From positions 5,191 through 69,190 of the forward strand of contig JAGLYV010000054.1 of NCBI GenBank assembly GCA_023131975.1: 64,000 nt of DNA, written 5' to 3'. Of this stretch, positions 1 through 7,789 are shown piece by piece. The number at the start of each line of letters is the position of its first letter. Positions within the stretch are counted from its first letter, which is position 1. The stretch comes from Candidatus Krumholzibacteriia bacterium. GTDB lineage: Bacteria > Krumholzibacteriota > Krumholzibacteriia > Krumholzibacteriales > Krumholzibacteriaceae. The notes under the pieces were generated by a model. The model was not told where the DNA came from and ran no database searches. It saw only the letters and a program-made list of their open reading frames with translations. The position numbers and the translations under genes were made by a program.

Positions 1-402
1 TTCGCGAAGAAGCTCGGGGCCAATCTGGCCATAGCCGACAAGAGGCGGACCGCCTCCGATTCGTCTGAGCTCATGAACATCATCGGTGAGGTGGCCGGCA
101 GTGATATTATTATTCTCGATGATATAATAAGTACTGCAGGAACTATAACGCAGGCAGCAGAGGCTCTGAAGAAGGCGGGCGCTGGACGTATCATGGCGGC
201 AGCTACACATCCGGTCTTCTCCGGTCCGGCTCTTGAGAGACTCGAGGCTTCCTGCATTGAGGAGATCGTCGTAACGAATTCGATACCGTATACCGGTAGT
301 GAAAAATGTAGCAAGGTCAAGGTCCTCGACGTATCTGAACTGCTCGGTGAAGCTATCAGGAGGATCCATACCGAAGAATCTATCAGCATGTTATTCGTCT
401 GA
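1..402 (+). CDS. prs: Ribose-phosphate pyrophosphokinase, C-terminal part (5' truncated by window edge)
   Basis: Frame 1 is open from base 1. The translation FAKKLGANLAIADKRR...DIIILDDIISTAGT matches the Prs PRPP-binding region. The conserved prs-ctc-pth order follows. Confidence 0.85.
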   Translation, partial: FAKKLGANLAIADKRRTASDSSELMNIIGEVAGSDIIILDDIISTAGTITQAAEALKKAGAGRIMAAATHPVFSGPALERLEASCIEEIVVTNSIPYTGSEKCSKVKVLDVSELLGEAIRRIHTEESISMLFV

Positions 403-416
403 CAGGGAAGGAAATA

Positions 417-1094
417 ATGAAGGAAATCAGACTGAATGCCCGCGTAAGGACTGAATCGGGCAAGCAGAATCTACACAAGATCCGCAAGCAGGGAGAAATT
501 CCCGGCGTGCTCTACGGGCACAAGGCCGAGCCGGTGCATCTGGCCATCGTTGAACACGATTTCTGGACTATTCTTCATCATGCCACGAGTGAGCACCTCA
601 TTCTCAGCATCGATATTGAAGGTCTCGACGAGGATAATATCCTTACTCTGGTCAAGGATGTCCAGCATCACCCGGTCAGCGGCAATGTCCTTCACGTCGA
701 TTTTCAGAGAATCGCCAAAGATGAGACGATCAAGGTCGGTGTGCATGTATTGCTGACTGGTATTCCCAAGGGAGTCAAGGACTTCGGTGGTATCCTCGAT
801 CACGGTATCAGGGAGGTCATGATCTCTACGACTCCCGTAATGATTCCGGAAGCCCTGGAAATGGATGTGAGCGCCCTGCTGGTCGGCGACTCTGTCCGCG
901 TTTCCGATATGGTGACGCAGTATCCGGATATTGAGTTCCTGGACGATGATAGTATCCAGGTGGCTCACGTATCGATTCCGAAGAAGCTGGAGGTCGCTGA
1001 GGATCTCGAGGCTGAAGAGGCTGCTGAAGGTGAAGAAGGGGACGCCGCTCCTGCCGAAGGCGAGGAAGCTGCCGCGGAGGGAGAGGAATCCTAG
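417..1094 (+). CDS. rplY: 50S ribosomal protein L25 / general stress protein Ctc, long form with acidic C-terminal tail
   Basis: The N-terminus MKEIRLNARVRTESGK...IPGVLYG is typical of L25/Ctc. The C-terminal tail is rich in E/A. AAGGAAA precedes the ATG. Confidence 0.85.
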   Translation: MKEIRLNARVRTESGKQNLHKIRKQGEIPGVLYGHKAEPVHLAIVEHDFWTILHHATSEHLILSIDIEGLDEDNILTLVKDVQHHPVSGNVLHVDFQRIAKDETIKVGVHVLLTGIPKGVKDFGGILDHGIREVMISTTPVMIPEALEMDVSALLVGDSVRVSDMVTQYPDIEFLDDDSIQVAHVSIPKKLEVAEDLEAEEAAEGEEGDAAPAEGEEAAAEGEES

Positions 1095-1100
1095 GGAGAT

Positions 1101-1670
1101 ATGTCGGAGATATCCTTTCTCTGCGGGCTCGGAAATCCAGGTGCAAGGTATGAGAATACCAGGCACAATCTCGGGTTCGATGTTGTGGACCTGATTGCTT
1201 CGAGATCCGGCCTGAAATGGAAAAGATGTGGGGAGAACAGCTTGAGGGCGTCATGGAAGTCATCCGGACGTACCGTGATTCTGATCAAACCGCAGACATA
1301 CATGAATTGTTCGGGGGATGCCCTTTCCGATATAAAGGGGTTATCCCCCTCTTCTCTTCTGGTCATCTGTGATGATATCAGTCTTCCCCTGGGCAGGCTC
1401 CGGATCAGGGCAGCCGGTGGCAGCGGTGGACATAACGGGCTTCTTTCCATAACACAATATCTTGGTACTTCGGAGTTTGCGAGGTTAAGGATGGGCTGTG
1501 GCCCCACTCCGGAGGGCGATGAATGGAGCGATTATGTCCTCAGCCCCTTTTCGCCTGATGATCGTCCCTCGGCCGACGCGATGACAAGGGCGGCGATAAA
1601 GGCGGTCGAGATGATCCTGAGCAGGGGGATCGCGGCCACTCAGATGGAATTCAACCGTCCGGAGAAATAA
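1101..1670 (+). CDS. pth: Peptidyl-tRNA hydrolase
   Basis: Motifs GLGNPG...Y..TRHNLGF and the HNG region are Pth signatures. It lies directly downstream of ctc. Confidence 0.9.
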   Translation: MSEISFLCGLGNPGARYENTRHNLGFDVVDLIASRSGLKWKRCGENSLRASWKSSGRTVILIKPQTYMNCSGDALSDIKGLSPSSLLVICDDISLPLGRLRIRAAGGSGGHNGLLSITQYLGTSEFARLRMGCGPTPEGDEWSDYVLSPFSPDDRPSADAMTRAAIKAVEMILSRGIAATQMEFNRPEK

Positions 1671-1753
1671 GCGGGTCGTTCTGCGGAACCTGTATGCCAG
1701 AGCGGGGCGATATTCTGCCCGGTTCTGTCCCGGCCCGGGATCCCTGATTAACC

Positions 1754-1782
1754 TTGACGATATACGGGTGTTTTGTTATATT
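1754..1782 (+). promoter_or_regulatory. Sigma70-type promoter of the rpsF operon: TTGACG -35, 17-bp spacer, extended -10 TGtTATATT
   Basis: TTGACG lies at 1754-1759. TG lies at 1774-1775 and TATATT at 1777-1782. The element sits about 125 nt upstream of the rpsF ATG. Confidence 0.55.
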
Positions 1783-1906
1783 GGCCGGGTAAAGCTGGAG
1801 CGGGTGGACAGAGCAAGTCGGCCGGTCCAGGAAAATCAATCTTTTTCCCTACCTTCCCCCAGTGAGAGAGGGAAGGTCGAATGAGTCCGAAGGGAGGAAC
1901 CAGCCT

Positions 1907-2239
1907 ATGCGTACCTACGAGTGCGTTTATATTCTTGATCCATCTCTAGAGGAAACCGCTGTCAAGGAAAAGACGGAGCGTTTCAACGAGATCATCACAT
2001 CGCGTGAGGGTGTCGTCCATAAGGTCGACCCGTGGGGCAAGAGGAAGCTTGCCTATCCGATCGCGAAGAAATTCGAAGGCATATACATCCTTATCAAGTT
2101 CTCGGGAAACAACGCGATCCTCGATGAGCTTAACAGGTTATTCCGGTTTGATGATGTCGTTTTGAGACATCTCATCATTGTCGATGATAATCCGGTCAAG
2201 GAAAAGCCCTCGGCCAATGCCGAACAGACGATGGAGTAG
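1907..2239 (+). CDS. rpsF: 30S ribosomal protein S6
   Basis: [14 protein letters not shown]...[15 protein letters not shown] is an S6 signature. An internal ATG at 1907 follows the GGAGG at 1893-1897. The ORF-track start at 1862 (GTG) is an upstream extension. Confidence 0.9.
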   Translation: MRTYECVYILDPSLEETAVKEKTERFNEIITSREGVVHKVDPWGKRKLAYPIAKKFEGIYILIKFSGNNAILDELNRLFRFDDVVLRHLIIVDDNPVKEKPSANAEQTME

Positions 2240-2244
2240 AAAAA

Positions 2245-2505
2245 ATGGGTGGAAAAACAGTAGCGAAGAAGAAGAAAAAGAAGGATAAGCGGACTACGAA
2301 TAAACCTTGCAGGTTCTGCGCGGACAAACTGACCATAGATTACAAGAATGACGCGCTTCTAAGGAGATTCGTAACGGACAGGGGCAAGATATCCCCACGC
2401 AGGATCACAGGGACATGCGCCCGTCACCAGAGGCAGCTCGCCATGGCTATTAAAAGGGCCAGGGCGATAGCTCTTCTACCGTTCGTAAAGATCTACTTTC
2501 GTTAG
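2245..2505 (+). CDS. rpsR: 30S ribosomal protein S18
   Basis: [14 protein letters not shown]...[15 protein letters not shown] is an S18 signature. It immediately follows rpsF with no intervening ssb. Confidence 0.9.
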   Translation: MGGKTVAKKKKKKDKRTTNKPCRFCADKLTIDYKNDALLRRFVTDRGKISPRRITGTCARHQRQLAMAIKRARAIALLPFVKIYFR

Positions 2506-2517
2506 GGAGATGACATA

Positions 2518-2961
2518 ATGGAATTGATACTCAAGAGCGATGTGCCGGGTCTTGGCGAACGCGGAAATATCGTGACCGTCAAGGCTGGATACGCAAGGAA
2601 CTATCTTCTGCCCCAGAAGCTGGCTGTCCCTGCGACCGGCGCGATGAAGAAAGTCATAGTCGAGGAAAACAGGCTGCAGTCTGTAAAGGATGACAAGCTC
2701 AAGCGCACCGTTCAGGATGTCGCTGCAAAGATGAAGGACCTTTCGTGTACGATAGTCGTACAGGCCGGAGAAGAAGACAAACTTTACGGTTCTGTCAGTG
2801 CTCAGGATATCGCCACAGCGGTCACTGCGCAGGGATTTCAGGTCGATCAGAAGATGGTCATACTTGATGAACACATAAAGATCCTCGGTGTCTACACTGT
2901 CCCGGTCAGGCTTCATAAGGACGTTGAGGTTCCCGTCAAGATCTGGGTAGTCAAGGAATAG
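2518..2961 (+). CDS. rplI: 50S ribosomal protein L9
   Basis: The N-domain MELILKSDVPGLGERGNIVTVKAGYARNYLLPQ is L9. The gene order is rpsF-rpsR-rplI. Confidence 0.9.
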   Translation: MELILKSDVPGLGERGNIVTVKAGYARNYLLPQKLAVPATGAMKKVIVEENRLQSVKDDKLKRTVQDVAAKMKDLSCTIVVQAGEEDKLYGSVSAQDIATAVTAQGFQVDQKMVILDEHIKILGVYTVPVRLHKDVEVPVKIWVVKE

Positions 2962-2992
2962 CGGTCAGCTGGGTTGGAAAAGGAGGTTTGTC

Positions 2993-4369
2993 ATCGATCT
3001 ACCGAAGAAGATATTCAGGGAATATGATATCAGAGGGCTTGTTGATGAGGACCTCTCAGACGATGGTGTCAGGACTCTTGGTCTCGCGATAGCATCTACC
3101 TTTAAAAGAGAAGGTGTTGACAGAGCTGTCGTGGGGCGTGATGTCCGGGAAAGCAGCCAGAGATATTTTGACATCCTTACAGAGGGATTGATGAAAGGCG
3201 GCATCGATATTGTCGATGTCGGCGAAGTCCCTACTCCTGTCTTCTATTTCGCCGCGAAGAAATGGGATTTAAAAGGTGGAGTCATGATCACTGCCAGCCA
3301 TAATCCCGCCGAGTTCAACGGATTCAAGATCCTGCGTGGAGAGGGTACGATATACGGCGACGATATTCTCGAACTCCATACTCTGGGTACTGAAGGCGGC
3401 CTGCCCGAGCCCGGTGGCGGCACGATGACATCGAGTGACGTAAAGGATGAATACGCCGAATACATCGCGACAAATATCAAGTTGAGCAGGCCGGTAAGGT
3501 TCGCCGCGGATGGCGGAAATGGAACAGCCGGGATCTCTGCTCCTGACATCTTTCGCAGGCTCGGATGTGAACCTGTCGAGTTGTACATGGACCCTGACGG
3601 TACTTTCCCAAACCATCATCCAGATCCGACGGTTGAAAAGAACCTGGTCGATCTTCGTGACGCTGTGCTATCAGGAGGTCTTGAGTTTGGAATCGGGTTC
3701 GATGGCGATTCCGACAGGATAGGAGTAGTGGATGACAAGGGCCGCATGCTCTGGGGCGACAGCCTTCTCGCTATCTACGCCAGAGATATTCTGAAAGAGA
3801 ATCCGGGAGCCACCGTGATCTACGAGGTCAAATGTTCGCAGGGTCTCGAGGAAGATATTCTGAAACATGGCGGAAATCCTATCATGTGGAAGACCGGGCA
3901 TTCTCTCATTAAGAAGAAGATGAGGGAAGAAAACGCGCTTCTTGCGGGAGAGATGAGTGGACATCAGTTCTTTGCCGACCGGTACTTCGGTTTTGATGAC
4001 GCGATATACGCGGCATGCAGGTTGCTGGAGATCATTTCTTCGAGCGACAAGAAGCTCAGCGAAATATTCGACGACCTTCCAAGCTATGAAAGCACTCCGG
4101 AAATCAGGTTGGAATGTGCAGATGACAGGAAATTCGATGTAGTCCGTGAAGTGGGCGATCATTTCAGGAAGACTAACGAAGTCATCGATATTGATGGTGC
4201 CCGAGTGAAATTTGAAAGTGGATGGGGGCTGATAAGGGCTTCAAATACCCAGCCGGTGCTGGTTTTGAGATTTGAGGCTTCCGATATGGAAACGCTCGAT
4301 GGGATCAGGAAGAAGTTTGCTGACGCCCTTTCCGAATATATAGACGTTTCGGACCTTATCGGCCAGTAA
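2993..4369 (+). CDS. Phosphomannomutase/phosphoglucomutase (alpha-D-phosphohexomutase); apparent non-canonical ATC start
   Basis: The active-site loop GGVMITASHNP is present. The N-terminal IFREYDIRG...VVGRDVR lies in frame upstream of the first canonical start (GTG 3131). The frame opens at 2951 with no ATG/GTG/TTG before 3131. AAAAGGAGG at 2977-2986 sits 6 nt before the ATC at 2993. Confidence 0.8.
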   Translation: MDLPKKIFREYDIRGLVDEDLSDDGVRTLGLAIASTFKREGVDRAVVGRDVRESSQRYFDILTEGLMKGGIDIVDVGEVPTPVFYFAAKKWDLKGGVMITASHNPAEFNGFKILRGEGTIYGDDILELHTLGTEGGLPEPGGGTMTSSDVKDEYAEYIATNIKLSRPVRFAADGGNGTAGISAPDIFRRLGCEPVELYMDPDGTFPNHHPDPTVEKNLVDLRDAVLSGGLEFGIGFDGDSDRIGVVDDKGRMLWGDSLLAIYARDILKENPGATVIYEVKCSQGLEEDILKHGGNPIMWKTGHSLIKKKMREENALLAGEMSGHQFFADRYFGFDDAIYAACRLLEIISSSDKKLSEIFDDLPSYESTPEIRLECADDRKFDVVREVGDHFRKTNEVIDIDGARVKFESGWGLIRASNTQPVLVLRFEASDMETLDGIRKKFADALSEYIDVSDLIGQ

Positions 4370-4427
4370 TGTGTACAATGAGTTAAGTGTAAATACAGCT
4401 CTGTTCACTGTCAAGCTCTGGAGTGAC

Positions 4428-5522
4428 ATGTACGCAGTTATTCTTGCAGGTGGAATCGGTAAACGTTTCTGGCCTTTCAGTACTGAAAAAAGGCCGAAGC
4501 AGTTTCTGGATATAACGGGAAAGGGACCGATGTTGTCTGTCACATTCGACAGGCTGGTTTCTCTGGTCGATCCTTCGAGGATACTGGTACTTACCGTGAG
4601 TGGTCAGCTGGAGTTGATACGTGAGACTCTTCCGGCGTTGCCTCCTGAAAATATCTTCACAGAACCGATGGGAAGGAATACGGCGCCGTCCCTCGCGGTT
4701 GCTGCTGCCATGGTAAAAAGCAGAGGCGACGATCAGCCCGTTCTCTGCTGTCCTTCAGATCATCTGATCAGAGACACCAGGGAATTCGAGAGAGTCGTCG
4801 CGATGGGTTCCTCGATTGTCGAAAGTCGCGATGTCCTCGTCACTTTCGGAATCAAGCCGGATCATCCCGCCACCGGGTATGGATATATTGAGGCGGAAAC
4901 GTCTCTCGATACGCGAAACGCCGGGGATCACAATCATCAGGAAAAAGAGATGAACGGTGTGCTGAAAGTGAGCAGGTTTCACGAGAAGCCTTCCCTTGAA
5001 AAAGCTCGTGAGTATCTGGAGAACGGAAATTTCTTCTGGAACAGCGGTATCTTCATGTGGAAGCCATCCACTTTTCTGGCTGCCTTTTCGGAATTTCTGC
5101 CCGAAGGAATAGAACCGCTCGAAAAGATCGGAGCAGCTTTTGGATCCGATGGTGCGGATGATGTATTCAAGTCTGAATACGAGAAAATGCCGGCTACATC
5201 GGTCGATTACGGAATTCTGGAAAAAGCTTCCAATGTGGTGGTCATTCCCTCGGATATGGGGTGGGACGATGTTGGTTCGTGGGATGCACTGGAGAACATC
5301 CTTCCGGTCGACGAAAACGGGAATTTCGGGACCGGCAGTACGGTATCGATAGATTCAAGTAACAATATATTCTTCAATCGTGACGGGATCATCGCCACGG
5401 TCGGGATCGACGGCCTTGTAGTTGCTGTCAAGGACGGCAATGTGCTCGTCTGCCGGCGGGGCGACAGTCAACGCGTCAAGGAACTGTTTGACGCGATGGA
5501 GAATAGGGAAGAAAAAAACTGA
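4428..5522 (+). CDS. Mannose-1-phosphate guanylyltransferase (GDP-mannose pyrophosphorylase), no cupin/PMI domain
   Basis: MYAVILAGGIGKRFWPFS matches the NTP-transferase G-loop. A C-terminal left-handed helix region is present. The start was chosen at the internal ATG 4428. The ORF-track GTG at 4371 is also possible. Confidence 0.8.
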   Translation: MYAVILAGGIGKRFWPFSTEKRPKQFLDITGKGPMLSVTFDRLVSLVDPSRILVLTVSGQLELIRETLPALPPENIFTEPMGRNTAPSLAVAAAMVKSRGDDQPVLCCPSDHLIRDTREFERVVAMGSSIVESRDVLVTFGIKPDHPATGYGYIEAETSLDTRNAGDHNHQEKEMNGVLKVSRFHEKPSLEKAREYLENGNFFWNSGIFMWKPSTFLAAFSEFLPEGIEPLEKIGAAFGSDGADDVFKSEYEKMPATSVDYGILEKASNVVVIPSDMGWDDVGSWDALENILPVDENGNFGTGSTVSIDSSNNIFFNRDGIIATVGIDGLVVAVKDGNVLVCRRGDSQRVKELFDAMENREEKN

Positions 5523-5555
5523 CCCGGTCGAATGACCTGGTCAAAGGAGGCAATG

Positions 5556-6755
5556 ATGAAAAGAGCATTATTATCGTCAATCATATTGATATCCCTGGCC
5601 TTTGTCGCGTTTTCGTGCGGAGAAGAGGAAAATAAGATAGAGATCAACGACGGAGTGGCGATCAGGATCGGTAATAAAAAGATCACTGACTCGGAGATCG
5701 ATGAGAAATTCGAATTACTTCCGGACAATCAGAGAAACAACTTCGCAGGTCCGACCGGAAGGGCCAGATTCGTCGATCTTATTATTAATGACGAACTCTT
5801 TTATCTGGAAGCCAAAAACAGAAACCTGATCAACGATCCCATCGTAAAAGCAGAACTCGAAGCTGTCACGCGGAGGATCCTTATCGGAGCTTTCTATCAG
5901 AAAGAGGTCGTGGATAACATCGAGGTCTCCGATACGGAAGTCGAGAGCTATTACGACACCAATAGTGACGAGTTCTCGACCCTGTCGCTATACAAGGCGC
6001 AGCACATATTTTCGGAAGACAGCATGAAATGCGTCCAGTGGAAGAAACGGATCGATGAAGGCGAAAAGTTCAGCGCGATAGCGAAGGCCGAATCGGAGGA
6101 TCATTCGACTGCTTCCTCGTATGGAGATCTGGGATATTTCAACCCGGATGGATTTATTAAATTTATCGGAAAGTCCCGTACATTTACCGATGATATCTTT
6201 GGTCTTGCCGTAGGCGAAGTCAGTGGCGTCATCAAGCATGAAAAAGGATACTCTCTCGTAAGGCTTAACGACCACAAGCCTGCCTCCATCAAACCCCTGT
6301 CCGAAGTCAGGAAATCGATACTCGAAAAACTCAGAGGGAATTACTCGAAAGAGAATCTGAACAGGCAGATCGAGACGTTACGGAAAAAGTATTCGCCGAT
6401 CAACTATGCCCGGGAATATGTGCTTGAGACCACCAGGACGCCCGAGCAGCTCTGGGAGATCGCGCAGGCAGAGGACGCGTCATATACGCGGATCCTCTAT
6501 TACAGGGAGCTTGTCAACAGGTATCCGGAACATAAGTTTGCGCCCCAGGCCTTATTCATGATCGGATTTGTCTATGCCGAAGAGCTTCAGGACCTGGCGC
6601 AGGCCAGGAGGACCTTCGATGAACTCTTGAAAGATTATCCTGATTCCGAAGTAGTGGAATCGTCGAAATGGATGATCGAGAATCTTCACCAGGATCATCC
6701 GAGATTCGAATCTTTCGAGGGTGTGCAGGAACATCTTGAGAATATAAAGGAATAG
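5556..6755 (+). CDS. Parvulin-type peptidyl-prolyl isomerase lipoprotein (SurA/PrsA-like) with C-terminal TPR-like domain
   Basis: A signal peptide with lipobox LAFVAFSCG is present. A PpiC domain (…GDLGYF…GYSLVRLND) and C-terminal helical repeats follow. AAAGGAGG at 5544-5550 sits 5 nt before the ATG at 5556. Confidence 0.7.
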   Translation: MKRALLSSIILISLAFVAFSCGEEENKIEINDGVAIRIGNKKITDSEIDEKFELLPDNQRNNFAGPTGRARFVDLIINDELFYLEAKNRNLINDPIVKAELEAVTRRILIGAFYQKEVVDNIEVSDTEVESYYDTNSDEFSTLSLYKAQHIFSEDSMKCVQWKKRIDEGEKFSAIAKAESEDHSTASSYGDLGYFNPDGFIKFIGKSRTFTDDIFGLAVGEVSGVIKHEKGYSLVRLNDHKPASIKPLSEVRKSILEKLRGNYSKENLNRQIETLRKKYSPINYAREYVLETTRTPEQLWEIAQAEDASYTRILYYRELVNRYPEHKFAPQALFMIGFVYAEELQDLAQARRTFDELLKDYPDSEVVESSKWMIENLHQDHPRFESFEGVQEHLENIKE

Positions 6756-6761
6756 CAGGGA

Positions 6762-7259
6762 ATGGGACTTCTGAATGTAAAAGTCAAAGGTATCGCGATC
6801 GACAGGGAACGGGAGCATCCAGTGGTCATGCTTGCCGCTGATGATCGAAAGGGTGTCCTTCCGATCTGGATAGGTCCGGCCGAGGCGACAGCCATCTATA
6901 CGACCCTTTCCGGCAGCAATTTCGAACGCCCCATGACTCACGATCTGTTGAAGATCGTTGTGGAGGAGCTTGGTGCCCGGATCGTCAGCATTGAGATCGG
7001 TGGTCTGCAGAAGGATACATATTTCGCGAGGATAGTCCTTCAACGGGAAGAGGACATTTTCTTTATAGACGCCCGCCCGAGTGATTCGATCGCGCTCGCG
7101 CTTCGAGCTGAAGCATCGATATTCGTCGATGAGGATCTTTTCGAGAAATACAGCAGGAATCTGCAGGTGGGGAAAGAAGATGCGGATGATGTCAAAAGGC
7201 ATCTCGATGGTCTTGATCCTTCGGATTTCGGTGACATGGATCAGGGGGAGTTGAGTTGA
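6762..7259 (+). CDS. Bifunctional nuclease (DUF151/BFN) domain protein
   Basis: HPVVMLAADDRKGVLPIWIGPAEATAI and IVSIEIGGLQKDTYFARIVL match the BFN family. Confidence 0.7.
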   Translation: MGLLNVKVKGIAIDREREHPVVMLAADDRKGVLPIWIGPAEATAIYTTLSGSNFERPMTHDLLKIVVEELGARIVSIEIGGLQKDTYFARIVLQREEDIFFIDARPSDSIALALRAEASIFVDEDLFEKYSRNLQVGKEDADDVKRHLDGLDPSDFGDMDQGELS

Positions 7260-7789
7260 TCGAGAAATTCCAGGGTTTCTCGCCGGAAATCGGAGAAAAT
7301 GTATACATAGCATCTACTGCCAGTGTGATAGGCGATGTGTCGATAGGAAAGTGTTCCAGTGTGTGGCACAGTGCTGTAGTGCGTGGAGATTGCTGGAAGA
7401 TACGTATTGGATCTTACTCGAACATCCAGGACGGAGTCGTATGTCATGTTACGACTGGAGGACCGGATCTGGTGGTCGGGGATTATGTGACGGTGGGACA
7501 TAACGCTGTTATTCACTCTTGCAGTATCGGCAACGGGTCGTTGATCGGGATGGGGGCTGTCGTTCTCGATGGAGTAGAAATAGGGGAAGGGTCGATTGTC
7601 GCGGCTAACAGTATTCTTCTGGAAAACACTATAATACCACCCGGCTCTCTCGTCGCGGGTGTGCCTGGATCGGTCCGTCGCGAATTGAGCGAGGAAATGG
7701 TAGACAGGCTCAGGGAACAGGCTATAGAGTATCATTCACTTGCCATGTCTTACCTTGGACGGGGCGAATTTTCAAGGAAGGTCAAATGA
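7256..7789 (+). CDS. Gamma-class carbonic anhydrase family / hexapeptide-repeat protein (YrdA/PaaY-like)
   Basis: Left-handed beta-helix hexapeptide repeats are present, including HVTTGG...VGHNAVIHSC. A TTG start overlaps the upstream stop codon. Confidence 0.75.
   Translation: MIEKFQGFSPEIGENVYIASTASVIGDVSIGKCSSVWHSAVVRGDCWKIRIGSYSNIQDGVVCHVTTGGPDLVVGDYVTVGHNAVIHSCSIGNGSLIGMGAVVLDGVEIGEGSIVAANSILLENTIIPPGSLVAGVPGSVRRELSEEMVDRLREQAIEYHSLAMSYLGRGEFSRKVK

Noticed and set aside
1783-1830. GGCCGG direct repeats in the rpsF leader, considered as a hairpin
   Set aside because: The two copies are direct, not inverted, so no stem forms. Only the downstream CCTTCCC/GGGAAGG pair is self-complementary.
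6552-7313. 253-aa minus-strand ORF
   Set aside because: It lies antisense to three well-supported plus-strand genes (PpiC lipoprotein, BFN, gamma-CA-like). It has no recognisable domain and no RBS.
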